Shown here piece after piece: positions 47,722-57,331 of a stretch of 64,000 nt of DNA. The stretch is from Sedimentisphaeraceae bacterium JB056 (GTDB lineage Bacteria > Planctomycetota > Phycisphaerae > Sedimentisphaerales > Sedimentisphaeraceae): contig JBITAJ010000015.1 in NCBI GenBank assembly GCA_044440125.1, positions 128,001 through 192,000 of the forward strand. The letters are read 5' to 3'. The notes below the pieces were generated by a model that had not been told where the DNA came from, did no database searches, and worked only from the letters and a program-made list of their open reading frames with translations. The position numbers were made by a program, and so were the translations under genes. Each line of letters begins with the position of its first letter. The stretch's first letter is position 1.

Positions 47722-49392
47722 ATGTCTTATACAATAGGCCTTGATTATGGAACGAACTCTGTTCGCAGTCTAATCGTTGATGTTGCAACTGGTCGTGAGC
47801 TTGCCAGCAGCGTATACGAATACCCAACCGGCAGTGCCGGCATAATTCTTGATCCGGCGGATCATAATGTCGCTCGCCAGAATCCTGCGGATTATATTGA
47901 AGGTGTTGTTTCTACCGTTAAATGTGCTGTTGAGCAGGCGATGAAGGCAGACAGCAAATTCGATGCTTCAAAGATTGTCGGTATAGGAATTGACACCACT
48001 GGTTCAACTCCTTTGCCTATAGATAAAGAAGGCAAGCCTCTGTCTGAAAATCCGGCTTTCAGTGATAATATAAACGCATGTGCGTGGCTTTGGAAAGATC
48101 ATACTTCGTACAGAGAAGCAGCCGAAATAACAGAGCTTGCTTCAGAAATCAGACCGCAATATCTTGCCAAATGCGGCGGCACATACTCTTCTGAGTGGTT
48201 TTTCAGCAAAATTCTCCATTGTCTGAGAATTGACAGTGAAGTATTTGATGCCGCTTATACATGGGTGGAGCATGCTGATTATATGACTGCACTGCTTACG
48301 GGCAATACTGCTCCTGAAAAAATCAAGAGATGTCGTTGTGCAGCAGGCCACAAGGCGATGTTTAATGATCAATGGGGCGGGTATCCTGATGCTGAATTCT
48401 TAGGCAAGCTTGATCCAAAGATGGCTAAGCTCAGAGAGACACTAAGCGATCAAACCTACGCAATAGATACTGCTGCGGGCAATCTTACCTCTGATTGGGC
48501 CCAAAAGCTTGGTCTTAAAGAGGGTATTGCAGTTGCGATGGGTGCTTTTGATGCGCATCTTGGGGCAGTCGGTTCCGGGATAAAAGAGGGCACTCTTGTA
48601 AAGATAATGGGCACAAGCACTTGTGATATGGCTGTTTGTCCTAATACTGAAAAAATAGCCGATATTCCGGGTATTTGCGGTATTGTAGACGGTTCGGTGC
48701 TGCCGGGTTGTTTTGGCTTTGAAGCGGGGCAGTCGGCAGTTGGTGATATCTTTAACTGGTACGTAAATTATATACAGCCTTGCGGCAGCGAAGGCACACA
48801 TGTCAATCTGACTGAAAAGGCAGCGAAACTCAAACCGGGACAGTCTGGTTTGCTTGCACTTGATTGGAACAATGGTAACCGTACGGTACTTGTCGATCAG
48901 AGACTTACAGGTCTTCTTGTCGGGCAGACACTTCACACAAAACCGGAAGAAATATACAGGGCTTTAGTTGAAGCTACAGCTTTTGGTGCCTTGACAATCA
49001 TAAATCGTATGGCTGAATACGGAGTTAAGATTGATACCGTGATAAACTGTGGCGGTATTGCAGAGAAAAATTCAATGGTAATGCAGATTTATGCTGATAT
49101 TACCGGCAGAGAAATGAAAATATCAAGAAGTGCCCAGACTTGTGCTCTTGGCTCAGCAATAGCGGCGGCTGTAGTTGCCGGTGAATACAAGGATTTCGGT
49201 TCTGCTCAGGCAGCGATGGCTGGCGTTAAAGACATTGTTTATAAGCCGATACCAGAGAACGTTGCAGTATACGCCAAACTTTACAAGCTATATAAACAGC
49301 TCCATGATGCTTTTGGCATAACAGAGAGCACTGCAAATATTGGCAACGTAATGAAGGATCTGCTGGCTATAAAAGAAGAAGCAAACGGTTGA
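47722..49392 (+). CDS. araB: Ribulokinase (FGGY kinase)
   Basis: IGLDYGTNSVR, GIDTTGSTP, LWKDHT, YSSEWF, AAGHKAM, DWNNGNR and EATAFG. Confidence 0.93.
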   Translation: MSYTIGLDYGTNSVRSLIVDVATGRELASSVYEYPTGSAGIILDPADHNVARQNPADYIEGVVSTVKCAVEQAMKADSKFDASKIVGIGIDTTGSTPLPIDKEGKPLSENPAFSDNINACAWLWKDHTSYREAAEITELASEIRPQYLAKCGGTYSSEWFFSKILHCLRIDSEVFDAAYTWVEHADYMTALLTGNTAPEKIKRCRCAAGHKAMFNDQWGGYPDAEFLGKLDPKMAKLRETLSDQTYAIDTAAGNLTSDWAQKLGLKEGIAVAMGAFDAHLGAVGSGIKEGTLVKIMGTSTCDMAVCPNTEKIADIPGICGIVDGSVLPGCFGFEAGQSAVGDIFNWYVNYIQPCGSEGTHVNLTEKAAKLKPGQSGLLALDWNNGNRTVLVDQRLTGLLVGQTLHTKPEEIYRALVEATAFGALTIINRMAEYGVKIDTVINCGGIAEKNSMVMQIYADITGREMKISRSAQTCALGSAIAAAVVAGEYKDFGSAQAAMAGVKDIVYKPIPENVAVYAKLYKLYKQLHDAFGITESTANIGNVMKDLLAIKEEANG

Positions 49393-49414
49393 TAATAGCT
49401 GAACCGATAAGAAT

Positions 49415-49459
49415 AAAAGAAAGAGGTGATATCATTTTCAACTGGTATCACCTCTTTTT
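49415..49459. terminator. Bidirectional Rho-independent terminator
   Basis: AAAGAGGTGATATCA-N8-TGGTATCACCTCTTT between convergent genes, with A and T runs on either side. Confidence 0.85.
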
Positions 49460-49464
49460 GTATG

Positions 49465-50415
49465 TTACTTTTTGCCTAATATTGCCTTTGCTATTCGCCT
49501 TGTGTAGTCTTTTGCGTATGCCTGAGCTGCGCAGAAGGCTTTATACTTTCTTTTGAATGTATAAGGTATCTCAGGCGGAGTCTGGTATCCCTCTTTTATA
49601 GCCTGTTCAACAACGTAAAGTGTTGGCTCGTAGTATCTTAATGAGTATCTGTCCCATTGCTGCCACGGTTTAGGCTTAAATGTGTAGTGGGCAAAGAAGG
49701 CGTCAGGATCTTTATCGAGCAGAAATTCGACCGGTCTTGGAGCTCCTTCTGCAAAGCAAAGTACTGAGTTCAGTACTGATTCATCTGTTTGGAAATAGGC
49801 GAAATTGCTTTGATCAACAACGCCTTCATCTTTGTTTGGGATGACTTTGAGCATTTGCTCACGCCATTTCTTGATGATGAATTTCTTGTCCCGGTGGAAC
49901 GTCATAGCTGCGGCAGATGATACTGTTTCAATAGCCGGAGTATTATTTTCGCCTACGTTTTGCTGCCATATATCCAGTACTTTTTTAGGAATTGATCCGT
50001 AAGCGTCGCTTTCTTCGTACCTTGAGGAATATACCATCGCATTTTCAGCCTTATCCCTTATCCTGATACGTATCTCTTCGGGCTCAGCTTTCATGTAGTC
50101 ACTGACATTCCCTGTGAAAACGGCATCGCAGTCTGCCCAGGTGATGTTTTCAGTGTCAGCAAGAAGCATTGCTTCCGGTTTCTGGCATGTCATGCTGCGA
50201 GAATTACCTTCTTCCATGTGGTGTACTTCAGTATTATCGAACTGTTTGAGTAATTCAACATCGTGATCAGTAAGGCCGCCGCCTAAAATAAGGGCCTTGT
50301 CATCCATTTTATGCACACGCATTGACGCTACAAGCAGCCATGCGCCCCAGATATAATTATGGTCGCAGGCTGAAACAACTGTGTTATTATTCATAAAAGA
50401 CTTTCTCTCTGACAC
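49465..50415 (-). CDS. Putative GT-A fold glycosyltransferase (GT8-like)
   Basis: 'SACDHNY...LVASMR', KP motif, DxD (WADCDAV), 'TDESVLN' and 'HYTFKPKPW'. GGAG-N7-GTG start. Confidence 0.65.
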   Translation of the reverse strand: MSERKSFMNNNTVVSACDHNYIWGAWLLVASMRVHKMDDKALILGGGLTDHDVELLKQFDNTEVHHMEEGNSRSMTCQKPEAMLLADTENITWADCDAVFTGNVSDYMKAEPEEIRIRIRDKAENAMVYSSRYEESDAYGSIPKKVLDIWQQNVGENNTPAIETVSSAAAMTFHRDKKFIIKKWREQMLKVIPNKDEGVVDQSNFAYFQTDESVLNSVLCFAEGAPRPVEFLLDKDPDAFFAHYTFKPKPWQQWDRYSLRYYEPTLYVVEQAIKEGYQTPPEIPYTFKRKYKAFCAAQAYAKDYTRRIAKAILGKK

Positions 50416-50459
50416 TAAAATACTCCAAAAAGAGCCTTGATAAGGCCTTATTGCAGTTC

Positions 50460-50536
50460 ATTATGAGCAAAATTTACGTTTAAGTCAATATATTTATCAC
50501 TTTTTTGTTGACGAAATACCCCTTAACGAAGATACT
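50460..50536. promoter_or_regulatory. Back-to-back divergent sigma70 promoters
   Basis: Minus: TTGACT(50488-83)-N17-CATAAT(50465-60). Plus: TTGACG(50508-13)-N17-GATACT(50531-36). Confidence 0.5.
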
Positions 50537-50602
50537 GTATAGCCTTGAAGAATAACCAGTAATTATCAATAATATTATATGACTTACTAAGGAGATATGC
50601 AT

Positions 50603-52030
50603 ATGCCGGCAGCAAGGCAAGGGCAGAGTAATGCGATGCTTAATTCGTTGATTACTTTTGTTGTGCTTTTTATAGTGGCAACAGTGGCCGCTATCATCTG
50701 TTATGTAAAACTTGATGAGGCCAAAACAATAGCGGAAAACGAAACACGCTCCAGGCGTGAGATCGCGACCGATAATGAGCAGCGTGAAGCGGCGGCGGTC
50801 GTTGGCAACAAAGAGTCTTCCCAAAGTTATTTTGGTGCTGTTGTTGAACGATACAATGATCTTTATGAAATATTGACAGGTAAATTGCCTGAAGAAGACA
50901 AGAGTCTTGAGGCTTCTACCGAGCAGGTCAATATGGCTATCACAAACTTCAAGAACAATTTCGATGATCCTTCATATACGGAAATGGCTCTTATGCCAAT
51001 GACCGTTATGCTTAAGAATGAGCGTGATGCAGCAGTTGCTAAGGCTGAAAGCATTAAAGCTGATATGGAGCAGATGAAGTCTGACTGGGATCGTGAAGTT
51101 GAAGGTTTTGCTGTTGCTGAAGAAAAGATTGTTGAAGAGAAGAACATGTTCATCTCTCAGGCAACAGAGGTTCAGCAGAGTGTTGATGCTATGAAGGACA
51201 GTGCAGCAGAATCTGTTGAGAGAAGGCTTGATCAGCTCCAGCAGCAGATTGACAGCCGCAATAACCAGCTTGAAGAGGCAAAGCAGCAGATTGCTGAACT
51301 GCAAGATGCATTGAAAGAGTCTGAGATGTCTCGTAATAAGCTTGAGACTCAGATTGAGCAGATCAAACCTCGTCCTGATATAGAGGTTGCTGCCTATAAA
51401 CCTGATGGTAAGGTTGTTAGCGTTGATCAGCAGATTGGCATTGTCTACCTTGATCTTGGAAGTAACGATCACGTTTACCGTGGTTTGACATTTGCTGTTT
51501 ATGACAGAAGTGCTCCTATGCCCGAAGATGGCAAAGGCAAGGCCGAGATCAGAGTATTTGATGTACGTTCTGAAGTGTCTGTAGCAAGAATTGTTTCAAC
51601 AGACGAAAACAATCCTATCATTCCTGATGATATCATCGTTAACCTTATCTGGAATAAGCAGAGCCCCAATACATTTGTTGTTGTTGGTGAGTTTGATCTT
51701 GATGGTGACGGTAATGTTGATAATTTCGGCAAGGACAAGGTTGTTCATCTGATTCAGGCATGGGGTGGTATTGTAACTGATGAGCTTGACATCAATACTG
51801 ATTTTGTTGTACTTGGTGCTCAGCCTCTTATGACTCCTAAGCCAAGTGAGTCTCAGATTGACGTTGATCCTATGGCTATGGATAAGTACGAAGAGTCTCT
51901 AAGGACTGCCAATGAGTATAAATCTGTAATGGAAAAGGCTGCAGGGCTTTCAATACCGGTATTCAATACTGAAAGATTTAAGAATCTTATAGGTTACAAT
52001 GCCGAGGTTCAAGGCGATAAGCCGTTCTAA
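50603..52030 (+). CDS. Membrane-anchored coiled-coil protein with beta-barrel and BRCT-like C-terminal regions, function unknown
   Basis: One N-terminal TM, long heptad region, 'PDGKVVSVD...VYLDLGS.D.V..GLTFAVY' and 'LIQAWGG.VTDEL...TDFVVLG'. AAGGAG-N8-ATG. Confidence 0.75.
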   Translation: MPAARQGQSNAMLNSLITFVVLFIVATVAAIICYVKLDEAKTIAENETRSRREIATDNEQREAAAVVGNKESSQSYFGAVVERYNDLYEILTGKLPEEDKSLEASTEQVNMAITNFKNNFDDPSYTEMALMPMTVMLKNERDAAVAKAESIKADMEQMKSDWDREVEGFAVAEEKIVEEKNMFISQATEVQQSVDAMKDSAAESVERRLDQLQQQIDSRNNQLEEAKQQIAELQDALKESEMSRNKLETQIEQIKPRPDIEVAAYKPDGKVVSVDQQIGIVYLDLGSNDHVYRGLTFAVYDRSAPMPEDGKGKAEIRVFDVRSEVSVARIVSTDENNPIIPDDIIVNLIWNKQSPNTFVVVGEFDLDGDGNVDNFGKDKVVHLIQAWGGIVTDELDINTDFVVLGAQPLMTPKPSESQIDVDPMAMDKYEESLRTANEYKSVMEKAAGLSIPVFNTERFKNLIGYNAEVQGDKPF

Positions 52031-52049
52031 TCTTTATGACGCAAAATAT

Positions 52050-52088
52050 AAAGGCCCGCAGAATTCACAGTTCTTCGGGCCTTTTTTT
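52050..52088. terminator. Rho-independent terminator between convergent genes
   Basis: AAAGGCCCG(C)AGAA...TTCT(T)CGGGCCTTT followed by a T run. Confidence 0.8.
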
Positions 52089-52112
52089 GAGATTTTTGTG
52101 TGGTGTGGAAAA

Positions 52113-53171
52113 TTAATCTTTCCTGAATTCTCTGACAGCATCAACCATAGCTGTGTACCCTTGCGGGGGCACGTAATCAGCTATTGAGTTACCTGTACCG
52201 AAAGCCAAACCGCCGTTTTCGGGTTTGCAGTTTCTTTCCAGTACGCTGAGTGTGTAGCTTCTGACCTCATCGGGAGTGCTTCTGCATAGCACATCCATAT
52301 CGATGCCTCCAAAATTGCCGATTTTCTTGCCGTAACGGCTTACCCAGTCATCAAAGGGTGCTATTACATCTTCATTTGAGTGTTTTGCATCTATCTGGGC
52401 TTCTTCAATTATGCTGTCCATAACATCAAATATGCAGCCGCAACTATGAAGCAGGAATGGTTTGTTGTGTTTATGAACCTGCTCAACAATTGCCTTATAC
52501 TGCGGAACAATATGGTTTATTATATCGTTAGGAGCGAGCATTGTTGCGGCTTTATAACCGAGGTCGTCACCAAAACGACAGACGGCGTAAACATCTGCGT
52601 AATTTTCGAGGAATCTTTTCCATATACCCAAGTTTGTCTGGCCTACTGTCTTGAATAGATTTGCGTAAAGTTCGGGGTCGTCTATAGAGATCATACATAA
52701 GTTTTCATAGCCGGCAATTTCCTGGACACACTCAAATATGCCGTTGCCAACTCCGCCTATAGCTTTCATGCCCTCAGGCATTGCTTCTCTGAGCAGTTCA
52801 AAATTTTCGGCGAACATATCGAAATATCTTTCACCTACAGTATCCCATGGATAATTGTTAAAGTCTTCAGCCGTTTTGATCTCAGGTGGTTTATGGCCGC
52901 CGAGTGAGCCGCTGCCGGGCATTGCGTGGCCTATGCAGCATTCCCATGATACGACATCGTAGCCCATTTCACGGAAAAAGTTACAGTATTTGACGAAAAA
53001 TTGACGGCGATCTTCTAAGTTTTCACTTTGTGAAAGAGAATAAATATCTTCGCCAATAATTGCACTTATAACTTTGGCTGACACAGTATGCTCATAGAGA
53101 GGGTAGCGGTCGGGTGTTTTGTTGGTTGCCGCAGCTATTATATTATTATAGTCGGGCTGGAAGTTTGCCAT
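52113..53171 (-). CDS. Uroporphyrinogen decarboxylase (URO-D/MtaA-CmuA) superfamily protein
   Basis: PDRYP, FGDDLG, LHSCG, FGGIDMD and GTGNSI. It is not a canonical HemE. Confidence 0.85.
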   Translation of the reverse strand: MANFQPDYNNIIAAATNKTPDRYPLYEHTVSAKVISAIIGEDIYSLSQSENLEDRRQFFVKYCNFFREMGYDVVSWECCIGHAMPGSGSLGGHKPPEIKTAEDFNNYPWDTVGERYFDMFAENFELLREAMPEGMKAIGGVGNGIFECVQEIAGYENLCMISIDDPELYANLFKTVGQTNLGIWKRFLENYADVYAVCRFGDDLGYKAATMLAPNDIINHIVPQYKAIVEQVHKHNKPFLLHSCGCIFDVMDSIIEEAQIDAKHSNEDVIAPFDDWVSRYGKKIGNFGGIDMDVLCRSTPDEVRSYTLSVLERNCKPENGGLAFGTGNSIADYVPPQGYTAMVDAVREFRKD

Positions 53172-53339
53172 TTTATACCTCTTAAAAAGTTGTTTTACAT
53201 TACATTTTCTGTTTAGCTTTAACTGTATTATGATTTTATCAGTTAAAAACGTTCAAAACTACTCAAATAATGGATTTTTTATGTACTATTTTGGCTTTTA
53301 TTCTTGATTTAATTGTGGTTGTTATGCAATATAGTACAT

Positions 53340-54173
53340 ATGAATCCTTGTTATGAAAAAGTGCCGCAGAGAGAAAACTCTTCCTTCTTTGCTTATAAGA
53401 AAGAAGAGGATAGGTTTGATTTCTTCTGGCATTACCATCCGGAATACGAGATTACCGCGATAGTTGGAGGAAGTGGTAAAAGATATATTGCTGACAGCAT
53501 TGATGATTATCGTAAGCCGAATCTTGTCATGATTCCACCTGATATGCCGCATAGCTGGCAGGCAGAACATTGTGATGATAAGAATATTGCTCTTGTAATA
53601 CAATTTACGAGGCAGATGCTCGAAAATATCGGTCTTGATATGAATGAATTTACAAGAGTTCGGAGGCTGATTGATAACTGCCAGGGGGCTTTGGTATTCG
53701 AGTTGGACGCCCAAGTCGAGCTCATGATGCAGGATGTTATTTGCAGCGATGGTGTTGAGAGTCTTATTAATTTGATAAAGCTTCTTGATCATCTTGCCTG
53801 CGCCAAATCCCAAAGGGTTACTGGTTCATCAGGTTTGTGCAGAGAATGGCAGGATTGTGATAATGTTAACAGGCTCTTCAAGTATATCAATGATAATTTC
53901 ACTGACGAAATCACACTTGATGAGGCGGCTGCGGCAGTTTGCCTTAGCAGGTCGGCCTTTTGCAGGTTTTTCAAGAAAATAACAGGACGAAGATTTATGG
54001 AGCATGTAAATGATTTGAGGGTGTCGCTTGCGTGCAAGCTGCTCAATGAGACTCAAAAGCCGATAACCGAGATATGTTTTGATGCTGGCTTCAGTAATAT
54101 TGCGAATTTCAACAGGCAATTTAAAAAACGAAAGGCACAGAGTCCAAGACAGTACAGGAGTTTATTGAAATAG
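53340..54173 (+). CDS. AraC-family transcriptional regulator
   Basis: Cupin 'WHYHPEYEI...PHSW' and HTH 'FCRFFKK...GFSNIANFNRQFK...SPRQYR'. Confidence 0.93.
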   Translation: MNPCYEKVPQRENSSFFAYKKEEDRFDFFWHYHPEYEITAIVGGSGKRYIADSIDDYRKPNLVMIPPDMPHSWQAEHCDDKNIALVIQFTRQMLENIGLDMNEFTRVRRLIDNCQGALVFELDAQVELMMQDVICSDGVESLINLIKLLDHLACAKSQRVTGSSGLCREWQDCDNVNRLFKYINDNFTDEITLDEAAAAVCLSRSAFCRFFKKITGRRFMEHVNDLRVSLACKLLNETQKPITEICFDAGFSNIANFNRQFKKRKAQSPRQYRSLLK

Positions 54174-54273
54174 AGCTATATTGGTTTGCTTATTTAATTT
54201 ACTTCCATTTTATTTGTCGCTATGCTACAATTATGAGCCAAGTTAGTTATTTGTGAAGCTGAAAGGTTAAGGA

Positions 54274-54708
54274 ATGAGTCAGGATAATGATAGAAGTGTT
54301 ACCATTATGCGTTTCTTTGATATAAATGAGGCAGAGTTTGCGGCGGAAATTCTTGATGGTGAAGGAATAAAATGCGGCCTTATTGGTGCAAATTTTTTCA
54401 ACGCTTATTATTTTGCCGGAATTGCTTCTAAAGGGATACAGCTCGAGGTCATGGAAAGTGATGTGCAAAAAGCGATTGAGATTCTCAAAGCTAACATTGG
54501 CTCTGGTAAAAAAGCGGCTGTTGAGGTTGCTGAAGAAATTTCAGATGCTGATTTTGTATGTCCTCAATGCGGAAGCTGTGAGGTTGTCAGAGAGAAATTT
54601 GAACGAAAAAGCTTTTTTCTTACACTTCTGTTTTTAGGGTTTCCTGTTCCGTTTAGAAACAAGAAAGTTGAATGTATGGACTGCGGGCATAAATGGAAAT
54701 TATCTTAA
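54274..54708 (+). CDS. DUF2007-like protein with zinc ribbon
   Basis: 'EAEF...L..EGI', 'GIQLEV...D...A..IL', and CPQCGS...CMDCGHKW. Confidence 0.75.
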   Translation: MSQDNDRSVTIMRFFDINEAEFAAEILDGEGIKCGLIGANFFNAYYFAGIASKGIQLEVMESDVQKAIEILKANIGSGKKAAVEVAEEISDADFVCPQCGSCEVVREKFERKSFFLTLLFLGFPVPFRNKKVECMDCGHKWKLS

Positions 54709-54725
54709 AGATAACGGCAGGGGCG

Positions 54726-54754
54726 TTGTCTTATTGCTGGAATTGTGCTATAAT
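54726..54754 (+). promoter_or_regulatory. Sigma70 promoter (extended -10)
   Basis: TTGTCT-N17-TATAAT with TGn immediately before the -10. Confidence 0.55.
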
Positions 54755-54808
54755 ATAAATAGGAAATAAGCTTTAATAATTGTAATTGGAATTACGGGAG
54801 AGACTATT

Positions 54809-55552
54809 ATGCTGCTTAGTGCGAATCATTTAATCGATTTTGATGTTGAGGCTATAGATGGAAATATCGGTAATGTCAAGGATATATATTTTGATGATAC
54901 CGAGTGGGTGATTCGTTATATCGTTGTTGATACCGGTAAGTTCCTGCCCGGTAAAAGAGTACTTCTTTCTCCAAAAAGCTTTGGTCATCCGCAGGCGATG
55001 CACAAGATAATGCCTGTTGATCTCACTTGCGAAAAAGTGAAATCAAGCCCCGATGCCAGCACAGAGCTGCCGGTTTCCAAGCTTGAAGAGATTGAACTTC
55101 ACAAGTATTACAACTGGATTCCGTACTGGGATAACGACTTCCTCACATACCCATCTCCGATACTGACACCGCCTCCAATTGATAAGGGAGAGATGAAAGA
55201 GTTTGAAGAAAAGGTTGAGAATACTTCTCTTCGAAGCCTTGGCGAGGTTATAGGTTACCATATTAAGGCAAAGGATGGTAAGATTGGGCATATCGAGGAT
55301 TTTATAATTGAGGAAAGCGACTGGTCGGTCAAGTACATGATAGTTGATACACGCAACTTCCTTTCAGGCCGTAAAGTGCTGCTTGCACTGGATTGGGTAG
55401 GTGATTTTGATTGGGCCGGCGGCACTGTTGAAGTTGATATGACAGTTGAAGCGATCAAAAAAAGCCCTGAATTCAACCCGGAAGCTCCTATAAACCGTGA
55501 ATATGAGATACAGCTTTTCGACTATTACGGCAGGCCGAAATACTGGCGATAA
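54809..55552 (+). CDS. Tandem PRC-barrel domain protein
   Basis: Two repeats of 'A.DG.IG.V.D...D...W.IRY.VVDT..FL.G..VL' and a 'YY....YW' tail. Confidence 0.9.
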   Translation: MLLSANHLIDFDVEAIDGNIGNVKDIYFDDTEWVIRYIVVDTGKFLPGKRVLLSPKSFGHPQAMHKIMPVDLTCEKVKSSPDASTELPVSKLEEIELHKYYNWIPYWDNDFLTYPSPILTPPPIDKGEMKEFEEKVENTSLRSLGEVIGYHIKAKDGKIGHIEDFIIEESDWSVKYMIVDTRNFLSGRKVLLALDWVGDFDWAGGTVEVDMTVEAIKKSPEFNPEAPINREYEIQLFDYYGRPKYWR

Positions 55553-55570
55553 ATTATCTTCGCGGCATTA

Positions 55571-56653
55571 TCATTGATTATGTTCTTCTGATGGCTGCGA
55601 CTTATTGGTGTTATCAAGGTCAGCTCGAACTCTTGGCAGGCATTGCGGATAATTGGTTTGGATGAACTCAACAAGCTGTTCTCTAATCTGACAGCGAAGT
55701 TCCCATGCAATTGATGCATCAGCAGCACTAACCAAAGCACGCAGTTCGAGAGTTTTCTCGCCGCTGCCGGTAACCTGTAAGACGCATACCTTTCCGTCCC
55801 ATTTGGGGTTATTATTTACTATTTCCTTGAGGTGTTCTCTTACCTCGTTGACTGGGATTTTATAATCAGTATAGATGTATACAGAACCAAGCAGGTCTGA
55901 GGTTTTTGTTGTCCAATTCTGGAAGGGCTTTTCAATGAAATATGTAATCGGCAGTATCAGTCTCCTTTGATCCCATATCCTTACTATGACATATGTTAGT
56001 GTTATCTCCTCGATTCTGCCCCATTCATTTTCTACTATAACGACATCATCTAAGCGTATTGGCTGGGTTATTGCTATCTGGATGCCGGTTATGAAGGTAT
56101 GTATGGTTTTTTGTGCCGCGACGCCGAGAATGATACCTATAACACCTGCCGATGCGATAAGACTGGTACCAAGTTGACGAACCTTTTCAAAAGTCATTAA
56201 TATGGCTGCAAGGCCGATTATGCACAGCAGTACAAAAATTATGCGTTTTAGCACTTTAAGTTGGGTGTGTACCTTGCGAGCCCTTAGATTGTCGGAAACA
56301 CTTACGTCAAAACGGTTTATAATTATCTCAGAAAATACATCCATGAATTTTGCCGTTAACCAGATAGAGCCTGTTATGACAAGAATAGTGGTGATATGGG
56401 GAATAAGCTCACTTGAGTATTCGTTTAGATGGGGAGTGAAGGTTACTCCCAACCTTACCGAAAAGACAGTTAAAAGGAAAAGGACTGGTTTTTTCAGATA
56501 GTCAATAAAGAGATTGATGTTGGTTTTTCTTTGCTCGTATTTTTTGCGAAGTATCTTGAAAACGAAAGCCGACCCGATAAATGCGACAACAGTGAATATA
56601 AGTGCCAGCAGAACTATATTTATAAGCGGGCGTTCGGTTATGAATGCAAACAT
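55571..56653 (-). CDS. Small-conductance mechanosensitive channel (MscS family)
   Basis: 'SLIASAG..GIILG.AAQ', 'QPIRLDDVV', 'GRIEEITLTY' and 'FQNWT'. Confidence 0.92.
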   Translation of the reverse strand: MFAFITERPLINIVLLALIFTVVAFIGSAFVFKILRKKYEQRKTNINLFIDYLKKPVLFLLTVFSVRLGVTFTPHLNEYSSELIPHITTILVITGSIWLTAKFMDVFSEIIINRFDVSVSDNLRARKVHTQLKVLKRIIFVLLCIIGLAAILMTFEKVRQLGTSLIASAGVIGIILGVAAQKTIHTFITGIQIAITQPIRLDDVVIVENEWGRIEEITLTYVIVRIWDQRRLILPITYFIEKPFQNWTTKTSDLLGSVYIYTDYKIPVNEVREHLKEIVNNNPKWDGKVCVLQVTGSGEKTLELRALVSAADASIAWELRCQIREQLVEFIQTNYPQCLPRVRADLDNTNKSQPSEEHNQ

Positions 56654-56711
56654 TGGTTTACTTTTCTCCTTGCTGATTTTTACAGAATCTACTAAACTTC
56701 TCTACAAAGAC

Positions 56712-56816
56712 AGTTTAAATGATACAAACGTTATTGTCAAGTGAGTAAAAAAACGGGTATTGTTCTTATGATTTTAGGCAAAAACCTATTGCCTTATACT
56801 TTCATTCCTCTATAAT
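56712..56816. promoter_or_regulatory. Divergent sigma70 promoters for the MscS gene and yajC-secDF
   Basis: Minus: TTGACA(56740-35)-N17-TAAACT(56717-12). Plus: TTGCCT(56789-94)-N16-TATAAT(56811-16). Confidence 0.55.
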
Positions 56817-56866
56817 CTCTATACTTTAGATTACGTTAATAATAGAGGATATTAAAGGTATAGTTT

Positions 56867-57286
56867 ATGGAAAATGTATGGACGATAGCTGTGGCTGATG
56901 GACAGGCTTCAGACGGTGTTGTAACTATGGAAACAGGTTCAGAGCAGGCGGTCACTCAGACAGTTGCTGACGGTTCGCAGGTTCAAGGTGAAGCGGGCGA
57001 AGCACCTGCCAAGAAGCCGGGTTTAGCTTCCGGTCAGCTTATAATGATTGTTTTGATGTTTGTTGTGATGTATTTCCTTCTCTTCCGCGGCCCACGTAAG
57101 CAGCAAAAAGAGCAGGCTAAAATGCGAAGCGGCATACAGAAAAATGACAAGGTTTTAACTATCGGTGGTATTTACGGTACTGTTCTTGATGTTAAGGATA
57201 AGGAAGTAACTATCAAGATTGATGAATCAACAAATACCAAGATGAAGATCAGCTTGAATGCGATAAGCTCTAAGGTAGAAAAGTGA
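56867..57286 (+). CDS. yajC: Preprotein translocase subunit YajC
   Basis: 'MYFLLFRGPRKQQK', 'NDKVLTIGGIYGTV'; upstream of secDF. Confidence 0.95.
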   Translation: MENVWTIAVADGQASDGVVTMETGSEQAVTQTVADGSQVQGEAGEAPAKKPGLASGQLIMIVLMFVVMYFLLFRGPRKQQKEQAKMRSGIQKNDKVLTIGGIYGTVLDVKDKEVTIKIDESTNTKMKISLNAISSKVEK

Positions 57287-57331
57287 TCGTAAGTTAATAT
57301 AGAGAATTATTTTAGGATTAAGGTTGTAACA

